From positions 11,138,634 through 11,202,633 of the forward strand of contig CAJINV010000002.1 in NCBI GenBank assembly GCA_905178155.1: a stretch of DNA of 64,000 nucleotides, given 5' to 3'. The position numbers were made by a program, and so were the translations under genes. Source of the DNA: Amoebophrya sp. A120 (lineage: Eukaryota; Protista; Dinoflagellata). The notes beneath the pieces were generated by a model. The model made no database searches, was not told the origin of the DNA, and saw only the letters and a list, made by a program, of their open reading frames with translations. Below are positions 12,935 to 27,412 of this stretch, piece after piece. The first letter of the stretch is position 1; every line of letters begins with the position of its first letter.

Positions 12935-13110
12935 AATCTATGGGGGAAGCGAAGAGACGAGGAAGGGGACAATTGATGTTTTGGCCTCTGGAGGGGAGGG
13001 CTCGCTTTGGCTGGGCCTTTTTACAGCAAAGAACCATACTGCTAATCTATTGGGAAAGAGAAGAGACGAGGAAAGGGACAAATGACATTTTGGCTTCTGG
13101 AGGAGAGGTT
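12935..13110. repeat. ~65-bp direct repeat pair
   Basis: AATCTAT.GGG.AAG.GAAGAGACGAGGAA.GGGACAA...TTTTGGC.TCTGGAGG.GAGG at ~12935 and ~13044. Confidence 0.75.
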
Positions 13111-14917
13111 TTTGGTTAAATCTTTTTCCAGCAAACGAAGCCCCTTGAGTGTTATCGTTTGGCTTTATTCTTTAAAAAAATTTTACAAAAGACAAACTTT
13201 ACAACCGACCTGGGACCCAGTTGTCCTCAATGACGCGCAGCTCTTTATCGAAAAAGTGAAGAAATGCTTGAAGTCTCGGCGGCATGCAAAAGCATCCGAC
13301 TTTTTTGAGTCTAATAGGAAAGAGAAATGGTGTTGAGATATCTAATAATTGAAATTCAAACTGAGATGAATAAAATCAAATGACTAATATCAATAAGACC
13401 AAAAAACATCAAACCCAAAAAAATCAAATAATAACTAGAAAAGTAAGCGCCTTATCCGCAGGGATATATTTTTAAGGAGCGAGTGGCATCGTCCTTCTGT
13501 GCCATCTATTGTTCATATTGATACTCATGTTCGTGAGTGGATATTCGTTGAAACGCAATCAAGAATTAATGGGGCCTCGAGACGAGGGGCCCTGGTTTCT
13601 GGACCATGGCCATGGCGAGCCTGATGACCCTAGTGGGCCTCGCCCCTTTATCTACAAAGCACGTCACCATACAAAAAGATAACGACAAAATGACAGCGGA
13701 CTCGGGTCCTTGATCAATTTCAACTGCGCTCACTCACGAAAACCTTATACGTCCTCCGAAGATACGAAATCAAAACGGGTCCGAAATGCGAGGGCGAAAT
13801 GCGATCGAATGCGTGTTATCATTCGTGGATCTTCATTTCGATAGACAATAAATTGAAAGGAAGATGATGACTAACTAATTCGTGATATTGAAACATATGC
13901 TACTTAGAAATCTTGTTTGCATAAGAATGATGTTGTTGTTGGTTTTCCAACATATTCCTACACACTAACAGGCAGAGGCACACCATGTCACTATAGGTCT
14001 ATGTAGTTCGTCGAGCTCGTGTGGTATTTCCTGTCCGTCCATCCAAGCATCAAATTTGTAGACCAATGCCAATCTCATGAAACAGAAATTGAATTCCTAA
14101 TCCTAACTTCTTCAAAAACCTCGTCAACGCCATTGTGATTTCCTTCGATGATCACTATCTTTAGTGTGAGTGTCGCTGTACGTGTAGCACAGCGCTGGGA
14201 GCTTGAGTATTTTTAACGAGAAGACAACATGCGATCGTCTTCGTGACTAGCAGTTGAAGTTGTGCCCTCTTCATCTTCTTCTTTTTTAATTATTTTCCTC
14301 ATGCGCTGTCCTCTTTTCACCCATTCTAGAAAAACAAAGAAATTCATCAAATCCTGTCATGTGAAGGACGAGGCACTTCGGGAGTGACGAGGCAGTTTCA
14401 GCAACCGGGGAGGCAGATTCCATCATCCCGACTGCACGACTAATTCCAGCACAGCTCCCGATTATATTGTTCTACTCGGGCTCGCACGACAACCTGACGC
14501 CAATCGACAGTAAAAATGCGCTGCTACTAGATAATGGTGGCGGCCTTTTCGTGTAGGTGGTTGTCTAACCTCCTAGACAGCAAGAGCCACGCGCGTGTTC
14601 ACATCGCGGCTGAAGACCAAGATGCAGACCTCCAGCCATCATCGGTCTGCGGCGGGGTCCCGCCGAGGGTGCCAGCTGTTGCGCGGCGGCAGGCACTCGG
14701 AGAAGGAAAAGCGCAGGAATCACCGCCGCCTGGTAAAAGCCGGGAAACGGCAGGCCGCAGAACGTACCGACTGATTTTTTTCCTTCAAATAGTTTCAGAA
14801 ACGATGGATGCAATGTGCTCTTCTGTTGACTTCAAGTCTGTATTTGACGTTGACGAAAACAAATCTGAATATGAATAAGCAGGGGCCAGCTACAGCTTCG
14901 TCTTCCCAGCATCATGT

Positions 14918-17900
14918 GTGTTGAAATTTACTCTGAAATTGACAGGCACGGCAGACCGGAGCGACGACAGTGATGAAGGTGTTGCTGCGGCAACTGCCGG
15001 AGCCACAACGACTGCCAGCGCCGCAGGCGCAACCGCGACACAAGTATTTACTGACCCCACGACCAGCATCCCAATTTCCTCCAGCTCTTCATTTTTCCGC
15101 GACCCTTTTGGAAATAGAAGCAACGCCGCACCAACGCCGGGAACCCTCGTCCATTTGCCTCTCTCATCTTCTACCCCGCAGCGTTGTCGGGATTTTCTTG
15201 GCCAGCCGGGGACAAGCAGTTCATGGAACGGCATCCAGGAAGGTCACGCGAGCAATATCATCCGCGGTGAAGATGATTTTTCTCATGATTTCAACCGTCG
15301 TCCGAGTTCCAGCAACAGCACCAATATTTCGACACGACCCCCAAGACCACCTGATCAGCTGTTCGGAAGTACGGCCGCAGCGGGTCTCTACCTCCTATCT
15401 CCCGACTCGAATGGGCGCAGCCCACCCACAAGGGAGCGGTCGCAGGACTCTGTCGACGAGACAGAGTACGGAGACTGCCACAGTACCGGCGTTACCCCTG
15501 CTTGGAAAAACAAGAGCAAGGCGCCACCCTGCAGCCCGTGCTGCGTTAACAGCGAAGATGGAAGTAGGAATAGCATCAACAATTTCACGGCGCTCCTGGC
15601 CGGTCGCGCTGCCTCCAGCGCAGCTGGCTCGTTCTGGACAAGTACGACTGCAGCAGCACCGACTGGGATGAATTACACCGAAAACAACAACTTGGCCAGA
15701 AACGCGACGAACTATGTTGCCAGCGCTCTGCATAACCAAGCAGCAACATCTGCATCAATAGGATCGATATTGTCTGAAGATGGCGGCCACGTGGCAACGA
15801 GCATTTCTACACCGGCGGGAGCGCTTGAAGCCAATGCATTGAAGCGCGAAGCCGTTCGCGCTGGTCATGCCGGGCCCGGCCATGCTACGGCGCCGCATTT
15901 TTCAGGGATCGTCGGGCACTCGACGTTTTTCCAGGCAGTCGGCGCAAAAACGCGTGAAAGTCGGCGAACCGCCACTGCAGTTCATCTGGCCGCTTCCCCA
16001 GCCACATCCTTCGCCCCGTCTGCGTCGCCTACAGAGACGCAATTTTCGCAGAGCCCAAGACCGAGTTTCGAGGACACTGCGGCTACAAGCGCTCCCTCAT
16101 CCGTTCAGGCGAAGCCGCACCTACGTACTGCTTTGCAGACATCAACAGATCATGAGCTTGTTGACGAGTTTAAGTTTTCAATTTCAACATCGTTGCCGAG
16201 CACGAGCAAAATGAAAAGAAATGAAGAGGAGCCCATGAATGCGGCCGCAACCGACAAGGACCCTGTGGTCGGAAGTACCTCGACGACGTCAACGGCAGTA
16301 CTAGGCCCTCGGCGAGACAACATTGCGGCGATCGCAGGTGGACTATGTAACGCAGCAAGACGCGAAGGGGCTGCAAATTTCACCGGGGGACATCAAAATG
16401 CTGGGCCTGCTGACAGTCTGGTCAGCATCTGCCAAAATAATGATGATAGAAGGGATACTCAATCTATATGTAGTGCAGCTGGTTCACAACCTGCTTCATC
16501 GGAAGACACGTTCGAACCGGAATTTAGAAAAGACGACGTCGAAGGAGAAGGCAGGAGGTGGGTCGATGAACGAACGCCCTGCAAGGATTCTCAACTCGCT
16601 TCCGCATCCACACCTACGCAATCCAAATTAACAGCAGGAAATGGAGCAAGGACAGACACGAAAAGTGTCGCTCGATCTGATTTGAATGCTTTCTCTCCGA
16701 CTGCAGTATCTACGGGCAGCCCGCCTGCTTCTTCGCCTGGGGCCGCGCCAACATCCACCGATGAATCAGTGACCGCGCAGCCAACAAGTGTCCGGCGCCC
16801 GAAATATTCATGGTCATTCCCGAAGCCTGACCTATCCGAACCGTTGCTAGACCCGGTTGCGGAGGTGCATCGGCGGCTGCCGTTTCTGCCGAAGTATGAC
16901 TTAAATAAGCCACCGCAGCTCCCCTATTGTCCACGCACGGCCCGAACTGACGAACTGGATCGCCGCATGTACGCGATGCTAGCCGAGGACGAAGAGAAGG
17001 AGCGCCAGTCGGCGCTGCGAAGACGAGAAGCAGAACAAGCGAGACTAAAGCACGCAGAAGCACAGCTGACGGAGGAAAGTCAACCTTTGGAACAAGAACC
17101 TTGTGGTCATTACTCGGCAGCTCGAGCAGCTGTAGCAGCACCTTACCCTCTGGCCCCCCGCGACGACGACGTCAGTGAGGAGCTGTCTTGCTCCGGCACG
17201 CCACTGAATTCCCCGGAGCGGCGACCCGTGCAGATGCCCCCTCGAACGCCCACCGGAGACAGGGAAGTGACTGCACCCCGTACAGCACCTGCTCCGTCGA
17301 CAATCGGGAAAAATAGACCGCCGTCTGCTTATGAGGAGGCGATGGCAGCACCGCGAACGCTGAACGCCTCACTCGGAGAGACGATGCGTCAAGCGCTACG
17401 GAGAAAGATCGCCCAACAGGCCAGCCTCCGCCGCAAGCGCACGGCCGGAACAATCACCGCCGAGGAGGCGGAGGCGCAGGAAGACCCCGTTTTTAACCGA
17501 GCGTACGCGAACCAGCTGCGGCGTCACGGCCGTACTGCTGCGCTGCTCCGCGAACGGCAGGAAAAGCGACAGCGTGAGAGGTTTGGTGTGCGGGCCGACC
17601 AAATTCCTGAGGAGCAACCCCACGAGATCCCGCAGTCTTCGGATGGAGATGAAAGCAGGCCTTGCGCAGCTCCTAAGACGAGGAGTGACAAAACTGGTTT
17701 TGCTTCTTGCGGCGCGAGGACGTCAACATCCGCAGTGACTTCGACGACGGAAGTGGAGCCGCTTCCGTCCTTACCGAGCAGGTCTGCGGCTGTACAGAAA
17801 ACAGGTGGTGCTGGGCCGGCTACGTCGTGCAAGACCTCAACACCGGCAGGATTCTGCCGACCAGAGAAAGCGACTGTAGAGGCTTGTTCTGGTTCATCAG

Positions 17901-20900
17901 GTTCTGCGAGTCGGTCCAGGTCCCAGATGGTTAACACGGAGAAGCAGGAAAACGGTAACCCGAACAAAAAGCAAGTTGCGGCAACGTCAGAAGCTTTCTT
18001 GACAAGCAGCGTTGCAGCCTCTACAGCCACGACTTCTGGTACTGGTGCCAGAAAACCTTTCTGCAATAGTCAGCCGCACTCGCGGACAGTCTCCGCCGCC
18101 CCGAGTCGAGCAGGTAGTCCTCAATTCGGACCCATCGCCGTCGCTCCATTGATACAGCAGACCACCCCCACCTTTTCGCCCCAAACAAGACCCGGACATG
18201 ACGACTCTGCCCCGACGCGAACTCTATCCGGGTTGACTACCGCGTCCACCTCTTCTTCGAGTTGCAGTAGCGACAGCACGACCGCTCACCATCCCAAAGA
18301 TCCGCCCCCGTCGAGATGCGCTACTGTGCTAGCCGGTGCATTGCCGACGAATGGAAATCTTGCTGTGGAAACGTATTCCAGCCCAAGCACAAATAACAGC
18401 ACATCGCACACTCAAGAATGGCAGCCAAACAAGCGCGCACCTTTTTCCCCGAAGAAGTACGGTCATGACTCCAAGGACAATATTCGCCGTGCGGGTAGAA
18501 GGGTTCCAGTGCCGTCCTCCGGTGGTGCTACCACGGGAAGTGGCACCGCAACTTCTGCTGCTGCTTGTCCTTCCAACATCAAGAAGCCGACTATCATCGT
18601 TAATTCCGACGGAGCGACAAGCTGCTCCATTCTGCAGCACCTGCAATTCTGCAGTTCCAGCGACGAAGAGGAGGAAGATGAAGTCGAACGGGAGGCAGAC
18701 CCGGAGTCGGATCCAGTTGAAGCGCAACAGCCACCTCCTGCACCGTCGCAAATAGAGCGGGAAACAAGAACTACTGCGAATGTAGACAGCGCGAGTCGAC
18801 GTGTTGCCCCAGCAAAGGCGAGGACCGGCACCCTGCCGTCCGACTCTTTTCTCGAGGAGCTTCCGCACTACTGGTATGAGATCGGCGAGGGCGGAAGGAC
18901 GATCTGGCGGCCCGCGCCACTGCACGCGAATGGCGCGCCGATACTAGAGTTCGGCCAGCACGCGACCCGCCCATCACTGCTCCGTGAGATCATTCCAGAT
19001 TTCGAGCTCGTGTCCACCTCAAATACGGATGCAGGAGCTGGAGCAAAGATGTTGAACATTGTTCATCAACAGGCTGAACAAGTAGAGCTCCACGAACAAC
19101 CGCCACCTCAGCTGACCGATCCGGTGGTGAACGTTCTAGATGAAAATGACGATGACCGCGAGATGATAAACAACAACGACGGCCCGCTGCCGCGCCCGCC
19201 CAGCAGTCCCAGCGGCAGAGGAACCACCAGTAACGGAGAAGGATGTGAGATCGCAGCTGATTCGTTGGGAGGTCCCGCGGCCGCCGAACCGGCGCCGCCG
19301 TCGTTTGCCGCCGTGGCAGCGAAAAATCGTGCCGCATACGGGCCGAAGCGGGGGCGCACGAAGAAGAAACCGAAGCAAAACATGATGGGGCCGCAGCAGA
19401 AGGACACGCTCCGCGCGAATTTGGCCGAGAAGCAATGCGAGGGATTTCTAAAAAGCATCAAGGCCAAGAAGGAGGCGGGCGAAAGCATCGACGGCTTCAA
19501 GCTGGCCGATGAGGTTCGCCGGATCTGCGAGTCGGCAAGGCTGCGGCAGGAAACGGAGCGTCAGCTGATCAAGCGCATCCTGCCGATGGCCAAAACCGTT
19601 TGCGCGCCCAGCCCGGCTTTGTTCGAGCTGGAAACGCGGGCGCGGCCAACCTCGCGCCGAGAGTCGGGGGACTGGACAAGTGCGATCGTTGGCGGAGCTG
19701 CGACCACCAGCTTGATGTCTTCCAGCAACACCGGGAATCTCATCATGGTGCCACAGTGTGCTCTTACTACTTTGCAGCCTAGCAGTGGTCGAACCTCGGG
19801 ATCGCTGTCTCGCACCGGCAGCTCCGGCACCACCACGCTGCAGCAACAATCACTGCTGGCTTCCCGGGCCGGAGCTCCTGTTCCAGCCACCGGACGCCGC
19901 ACAGCATCGACATCGCTGTGCCCGACTTTGGCCCACGAAAACAACGCGCAGCAGCTGGCGCAGCTTCACGCCAGCTTAGACCAGCACCAACACGACGAGA
20001 AAGGACCAATGGACCCGTTTAAGCTGCAGACCGCGTTGCAGAAGCTGGTGGAGCAAGACGAAATCTACTGGCGGTCCTGGGGGCGTGACTTGGACGAACA
20101 CGATCGGAAACACGAGACAGTGCCTGGCCACGAAAGACCGGGAACGGAGAGGACAACCAGCTGGCCCCGAAATAACTGGATGAGCGACGAACAAGAAGAT
20201 GAAAAAGGCACTGGTAATCGAGGACTTGAAGCTACCGAGGAGCAAACAACCGCAGCACCAGCGGCGCAAGGAGAAGGACCCGAGGAAGTACTCCAATGCT
20301 CCGAGGTCGCAGGCAAGGCAGATGACGAGGAGGACGACCAAGAGCAAAACCTTCCTCAAACCAGGAAGGACAACGACGACGGTACTAGGGCGCTTTGTAG
20401 AGAAGTGCCAGAGCTGCAGCGGGTCGATGCGCTCCAATCTGCCACTACCATTGCAGAAGCACGTGCTGCGAGAGCGGGGTCAGACATCGAGGCAGAGGTA
20501 GAGATCATAGGAAATTTAGCTCAGCCTGTAGTTTGCGATCTGGTACGGGAAGGAGCTCAGCTTGATGAAGCTGAAGAAGGCGTAAAAGAAGGCAGCCTAC
20601 AGCCGAAGCAAGACTACGCAAGAACCCCGTCGCGACAGGAGGCTGGGCCGAAACTACCCGGGAAGACGAAGAGTGTCATGGGGGGCCTCCTAGCGGAGCG
20701 TCTGGTTCTTAGCTCCCTGCAGCCCGGCAACGAGCAGGCGGATCGAGCACTAGAGGCTCAAAAACGTGAGCACGACGAAATGACAGCGAACAACGAAGAG
20801 ATCACGTTGTTCTTTGAAACGGAAGAAAGTCTAGCTTCGAAGACGAGCAGCGTACGGAGCAACGCGAGCGCCATCGTGGAAGAGCAACCGGAAGCCTCAC

Positions 20901-23900
20901 CTATTGTCACTGGAAGTCTGGCCGTTGTTGACTACACGGATTCAAGTGCTGTTTCGAACGCGGCGGCGGACGTACGTCAAAGTGAAGCTGGGAAGAAGAA
21001 GAAAAGTGCCACTTCTACTCCTACTGTTCGGGAACAAGATGCAGCCGTTCTTGACGCACCCAAACGAACGACCGCGCTGTCTCGGGGGAAAGCCAAAGTG
21101 AAAAACCAAAGCGAGGCCCCCGAGACGGGAGCAATTTCAAAAAGCGCGCAAGACCGACAACTTTCCCCAGACGCAACCGTGCTCGCCGTGGCGCAGCAAC
21201 AGCTGGAAAAAATGGACCAGTCCCTACGACTATTTGATGACCTGCCCACAAAGCGCGGACGAGAACCAGCTTCGTCGCATGTTGGTCATGAAGCAGATGG
21301 CTCGCTATTGAGCATGGGTCGTCAAGCAGGTAGTAGAAGCCCAACACCTACAGGAGTTGCAGGGACAACTACATCAACAACATCGGCAGCATCAAATACA
21401 GCAAATGGCCAGGTGCAGGAATCTACCGCATCTTCACCTACATCAACAACGATGAGCCATGTTCCGGGAGCTGCTCCTACTGCTTCTACTACGGCAGCTT
21501 CGCAACAACCACCAGCTGCAACGAGCAGTCCAGATGACGGCCAGATTGCTTCGGAGCAACTAGAGAAATTTCCTGAAGCTGAACCAGAAGAAGACGAGGA
21601 GTCCGAGGTAGATTCAGAGACGGACATGAGCGATTGCTCCGAGGACGACTCCTACCCGATGCATCGGCTGCGGCTTCCGGACTGGATGGAGCGGGCCGCG
21701 TGGACCCTGGACCTGCGCGTGCCCTCGCTGCCGGGCACGCAACCCGGGTCGCCGAACCCGGACGCGAAGACGTCGCCACAAGTGTGGGGTCTGCAGCCGA
21801 ACCTGTTCCAGGAGCTGAACGCCAGCCCAGCACTTACCTTCTCCTCCTCGTGTTCCACGTCTCCGCGACACAGCGGTTTTGCACAGGAACCGGCAGGAGC
21901 GGCCGGAAGCCTGACCGGACCTCCAGGGCCCCATTCTGGGAATGCGAAGTCACCACTGGCTCCGCCTCGCGGCTTTCGCGTGTCTTCCTTCACCAGCGAC
22001 ATCACGGCGTACAGCAGCGACGACGAAGAGTTTCCGTCTCTAGCCAGTGCAAAGGACAAAGACGTGAAAACGCAGCACCACAGTAGAACGAATGCTGCCG
22101 GTGGAACTACTACAACAAGTGGCGCACCAGCCTCTACAGGCACGTCTGCGACGTCGAGCAGAGGATCGAATAACTCGTCTGCAGGCCCTGCTTCCTCCGG
22201 TCCCAAGGAGAAAATGCGGATCAGCTTGACGTCGCCCAACGCAAATGCGGCTGCGGCGAACACCTTTTTGCAACTCCTACCCCAGGCGGGTCGCACGTCG
22301 TCCGCATCGACGGCTGCAAACCGGCACCGGGCCTCCTCCTCCAGCACGGCGGGCACCGCCACGCCCATTCTGGGTCCATCCGCGCATCAGCAAGGGGCAA
22401 TGTCAAAGCAGTGCTCTCCCCGCCCCTCCGTTGGTCCAGCTGGGCTGCCTAGTAGCGCGACGTCAAGCCGCAAAAACAGCGCCACAGTGGACGTCGTCCT
22501 CAACATGGGCCTGGGCTTGGGCGAAATCGGCCGCGGAATTCTAAAAAATCCGCATCACGTCGGGACAGGCGCCGCTCCTTGTTCGGCGTCCCTTGACCCT
22601 GCGACCACAGCGGTACAACTTGGGGGCACAGGTAAGAATTTCTCCGGTGTCCTCGCATGTGCTAGTGCTCCTCCTGCTGCTTCGTCTTCCTCCCGGAGTG
22701 CCCCGGTACATCCGGTACAACGTCAAGCTGCACCTAGTACTGGATGCGGAAAAAATGGTTCGACAGGTGCAACATCAACAAGGGGCGCATCGGCATACAG
22801 CTCCAGCACTGACGCACTGCCTGCTTGCGGGAACCATACCAATGATAATGGCCCACATACCACGCCAGCAAATAAGCTTCTATGGGGAAACAAGGCACAG
22901 TCAGGAACTGCAGGGGTCACTACAGCAGCTGGAACTAATTCTGCGACCCGCTCCACTAGCAACAGTAGCTCAACACAACTCTCCGCCGCGTGTTCGACAC
23001 CTCCTCCTCCACTCTCGCAACCGACCACACTCAACACTTCGTCCCGCGGACGGGCAGGAGCGAGCGCAACTTCTCTCAATGCCACTGGTGCCCCCGCATT
23101 GAACGCCTCAGCGACCACATTGAGCAGCACCAGCAGCAACCCGAGCTCCGGCAACACCAGCCCCCGAAGTGTGACGCGTGCGAGTTCCCGCGCAAGTTCG
23201 GTAGACAGCACGGCCTCCATCTCCGAAGGAGGAACGACCGGAGCCCGCCCTTCGGGAAGTCGCGGAAAGCTGCTTCCGTGGGGGCGCTTGCACTTGCGAA
23301 AGGAGCGCACGCAATCAGACTGCAGCACCGCAGAAACGGACGACTCTTTGATTGCAGCGGGGCCGGACGACTCGAACTCGTCGAGCAAAACCATACCATC
23401 GAGCAATGCGGACGAACAGACGACGAATGCGAACCAGTTGAGGTTTACAGGTTCAGGCACATCGTCTTCTGGCACTACCTCGCGCTCGGCCCGTTCTTCG
23501 GGAGGCAAAGGAGTGGGAGGGCCAGCAGCCACCTCGTTATCCTCATCGTCCTCAACCTCAAGTGCTTCAGCTGGACCCGGTGAAGCAGCTGCAGCCGCTA
23601 CGAAATCCACGGGAGGTGCTGGGGCGGCGTGGTCGTCAACAACGCCGGCGCACCATTCGGGAACTAACACCACGGAGCCAGCCATTGGTATTGGCAAGCA
23701 AGAACCACCGCCAGCGCCGCTTACCTGGGCGCAGCGCATGTTGATTAACAAGACCGCGGGAGCTTCTACTACGACCAAGACCACCTCTATTGCTTCTTCA
23801 TCATCTGCTAGCCATGCCCGACCGACGCATACAGGCAAGTCAGGACCACCAGCGTGCGCTCTGGCGCCCGGAGCGGCTTCCGCAAGCCATCCGGTTTCGA

Positions 23901-25182
23901 CGCCCCCGGCAATGTCGGGCTCCTCGTCTTCCATTCCAAAGGCGTCTACTGCCTCGCGACCACCACCTGCGCCGATAATCGAGAGCATTTCGGCTGTCGG
24001 AGTTGGCACGCTACCTACCACACCGTCGGCCGCCCCAGCAGCTTCAAGCGCTGTACCTACCGATGGGACTCGTTGTGTGCAGCAAGGCGTGCCCTCCGCC
24101 GTGATTGACGCAGGCGCGGCCCGCACTGCAGTTTCGCTTTCGCCAGTGCTGTCTGCAAGCGGCCCGAAGCCACTTGCGCCGGTTGGAACTCCGGGGGCGC
24201 GTGTCGGGCACGGAAGTTCACGTGGTGTAGCCAGTGTCTCTGGGCAATCACCTGCGCCACCTGGGACAATGTCATCGATAAAAGGTTGCACCAGCAGTGG
24301 AAATGGTTGTGTCGCTGAAAAACGAGGACCCGCTGCACTTGGATTTTCGCCGCTGCCATCGACGGCCACAGTCACGACCAGCAGCAAACCCGGCGTGCGC
24401 CCCGCGAGTCACTACGGAGCCCCAGACGCTGCAAAGCAGCAACGGTTTCTTCCGCCACAGCACCCGAGGAAACGCCGCAAGGTCTGCATGCGTTTGCCGA
24501 CGATTCCCACCCGCGCCGAGCTGGACACGGTTCTCTGGAAGGCGCTCGAAAACGCGCGTCTCAACAGCCTGCGCACCACTGGTGCAGGGCCTGCGCTTGG
24601 TCTTGCAGCAGGAACCAGCAACGTGGCAGGTGGAGGCTCTGGAAATCTTGCAGCGCCGACCGTTCACAACAGGGTGGGTGGGAAGAGCAGCGGCAGCGGT
24701 GCAGGGCATGGTAGGGGGATCCGTTTTTCTACAAAAACGGAGGTGCGCTTCCACGACGACGACTGGCCTCCGTACGACTCATTTTGTTTCTCTTTCTCTT
24801 TGTTTCCTTAAAATGCATATAGAAAAAAGCAACAGATTCAGATTATTTTTGAGTTACCGGCAGGCACTAGATGAAATTTTTGAGTTTACCGGCAGTGCTA
24901 TTTCGTCCACCGTGATGATATTTTGATGTTTCATCTTCCAGATTGGTGCAGCTGCCTGTCATGATCCACCACTTCATCATTGACTATGGCTCTTCAATGT
25001 CATCTACAATCTTACAACGAACTACCTACAGGGACAAATTTGTGCTCCAGACGGGCATCGGGAGTAAAGAGTTTGATGGACAAAGTCAACACCGTGCGCT
25101 ACACAACTCCGAACCAAAGCGGGTCCTCGACCAGCGGGCATTGTTTCAGCTGGCCATCAGCATGAGTGTCAAACGAAGCTGA
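14918..25182 (+). CDS. Giant Ser/Thr/Ala/Pro-rich, probably disordered protein (>3,300 aa); start uncertain
   Basis: Uninterrupted 3297-codon ORF. A GT-AG intron at 24772-24941 joins it in frame to ORF 24943-25182. No recognisable domain apart from short charged helices and C-terminal GIRFSTKTEVRF. Confidence 0.7.
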
Positions 25183-27412
25183 TTTTTGGTCATGCTCCTT
25201 CGTGGAACGACAACGATGTGGAGGCCCGCACAAGCGAGATGCAGCGGCTAGCTCAAGGCCGAGCCGCACGGTGGAGCTACGACTTGTCATTTTTGGTAGA
25301 GTGTGCTACTTCTGATGAATAACCCAGACGAATGAATGTTGGCGTCCACTTCTTTTTTGCGAAATCTTTTGCGCTCGACCCTGGTACATCGTGAGTGCCC
25401 GACCCCCGACGAAAAACAGGATGAAAAAATATGTGAGTGATGAAGTAAAAACTCAATCAAAGTTCTAGGTAGTTCTTCTCAAAAACAAAAGATAAAGCTT
25501 TTAACCATGACAAATCGAAATCGAAAACCAACGGAAGAAAAGTGAAATATTAGCGCTTCCTCATCTACGACTTGAACTTACAGTTATGTATACATCTTCG
25601 CACTTTTCTGCCTCTATCCCTATGATCTCAGCAAACGACAAAAGACCTCGTATTTCAGAAAATGAATCCGCTATGTATGCTGTCGACAAGAAGAGTAACT
25701 ACCACGACGTGCAAAAAATCAAGTGACGCACGATCCAGTTGCCGCAGATACTTAGCTTTCCCGCTCCGCGCGGGCGACGAAAGGTTCGGCTTGCAAAAAC
25801 GGAAAAGTATCTGTTCTGTGCATGGATTACCGATGAAGTAACCAGCTGTCTTACCTACCTTGGATAATTTCTCTCGTCTTTAACTCGCAGTTGTAGTTCT
25901 TTCGTAATTCTCATCGTAAGAAAGTATGCGAGCAAGTGAATCGTAGATGAAGTGAGGTGATTCCGATTCGAGTTCAAGTAAAACCAGTTGACCTGCTAGT
26001 CACTATTTATAAACCCGGTCGTGTGTAGTTGGTGTTGCTTTTTGATTCTGCAGAACGTATCTTTTCCTTTTTCGTTCTTCTGTCAAGTTGATGACAAGGA
26101 TAGCAACGTATCTCGAAAAACCAGAACTTTCTGTTGGTGGTTCTTGTCCATCCGAGGCCTTCCGTTTCTTCAGGCACTAACTCGATTGGCTGGCCAACAC
26201 GGCTTGAACACAAGAATCAGCAAAGGCGAGGGAAAAGAAACAGGCGGTAGCACAGAGTCGTGCTGCCAGTGTTGGGGGCTGTAGGCTGCTCAGGAATATG
26301 AGTCATTGATCATGTGAGACGTGCAGCAGTCCAAGCTTTGTTATGTTCTATCTTCGCTTTTTGATATCTCATGGACGACGCTCCGAAGCGGAATCAAAGC
26401 AAGCAGGCGTCCCAGCAGGGACACCATGCACTTGCGATCCGGAATGATATTGGGGTCACTCTGCTCGAAATAAATTCACTCGATAAAGTGAGTTTATCTT
26501 GACGTCTGACGTACTGGGACTACGAACGAACCAAGAAAGATGGATGGAGATCGTAATCTGCAGGTAGCAGGACTATGGCGTGCCAAATCTCGCTCGGACT
26601 TGTTGATCTGACTCCTACGGTTGTTTACTCATTTTTGCCTTTTTAACTATTTTGTAGTCACTAACAGCACATAGTCAACTCCTCACGCAACTCGCACACA
26701 TCACGATCACACTAGTTGAAAGGCGCTTTACACAGCAGCTTTCGTTTCTTGAAGATTTCCACAAGTTTGATGAATCATTTTCTGCGCCTACCCCAGAGCA
26801 AAATATTTTTCAGTGTAGATGAAGCCAGTACGTAGCTATCAGAATTCGTCCTTGTGGTATATTACTAGTTGCGAGGAGGGGGTGGGAAAGGGATAATGTC
26901 GGGAGCCTACTATCCGGTAAACATGCTTGCTTTTGCCGTCCTTTTGACGTGGAGGCCGATAGCAACGTGGTCTTTTGGTTTTCCCGGAGTGGAGGTATCC
27001 CCGTGCGCGAGAACCCTGAGACTCCCCTTTCACTTCTTCATCTGTCCCGCACCATAATTCTGGGTAGAAGAAATTTGAAGGAATGCTTTTCCTTCTGCAA
27101 AAGTAGCGCTATTCACATGAAATAAAAAAAATTATATCATGAGTGGCTGCGAGTGCGACACCCATTGGACTCATTCTTATGCATGTCCGGTGCTGCTCCG
27201 TCCTTCTGTTTACATCAAATACATAGTACGCAACCACTTGTTACGTCCTTTGGCAACGGAAACACGAAGACCTCTGTACGTAGCTGGTCGTTTGATTTGT
27301 AAAGATGCACGCGCTGGGTCGTGGCAGATGAAGAAGAACAGGGGGAAGTCGAACAAGATTTGTCGAGGTATAGGCCGCGGCGCTTTTCATCAATACCAAC
27401 ACGGTTCGTGCA

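Noticed and set aside
12284-12976. 230-aa Lys/Arg-rich ORF
   Set aside because: Translation of the A-rich TIR of the foldback element; no transposase motifs.
13565-13650. Short palindromes suggesting an ncRNA
   Set aside because: No recognisable tRNA, snRNA or snoRNA features; too short to support a call.
22723-24387. 554-aa minus-strand ORF and similar antisense ORFs (including those opposite HSP90)
   Set aside because: Shadow ORFs of GC-rich coding sequence on the + strand.
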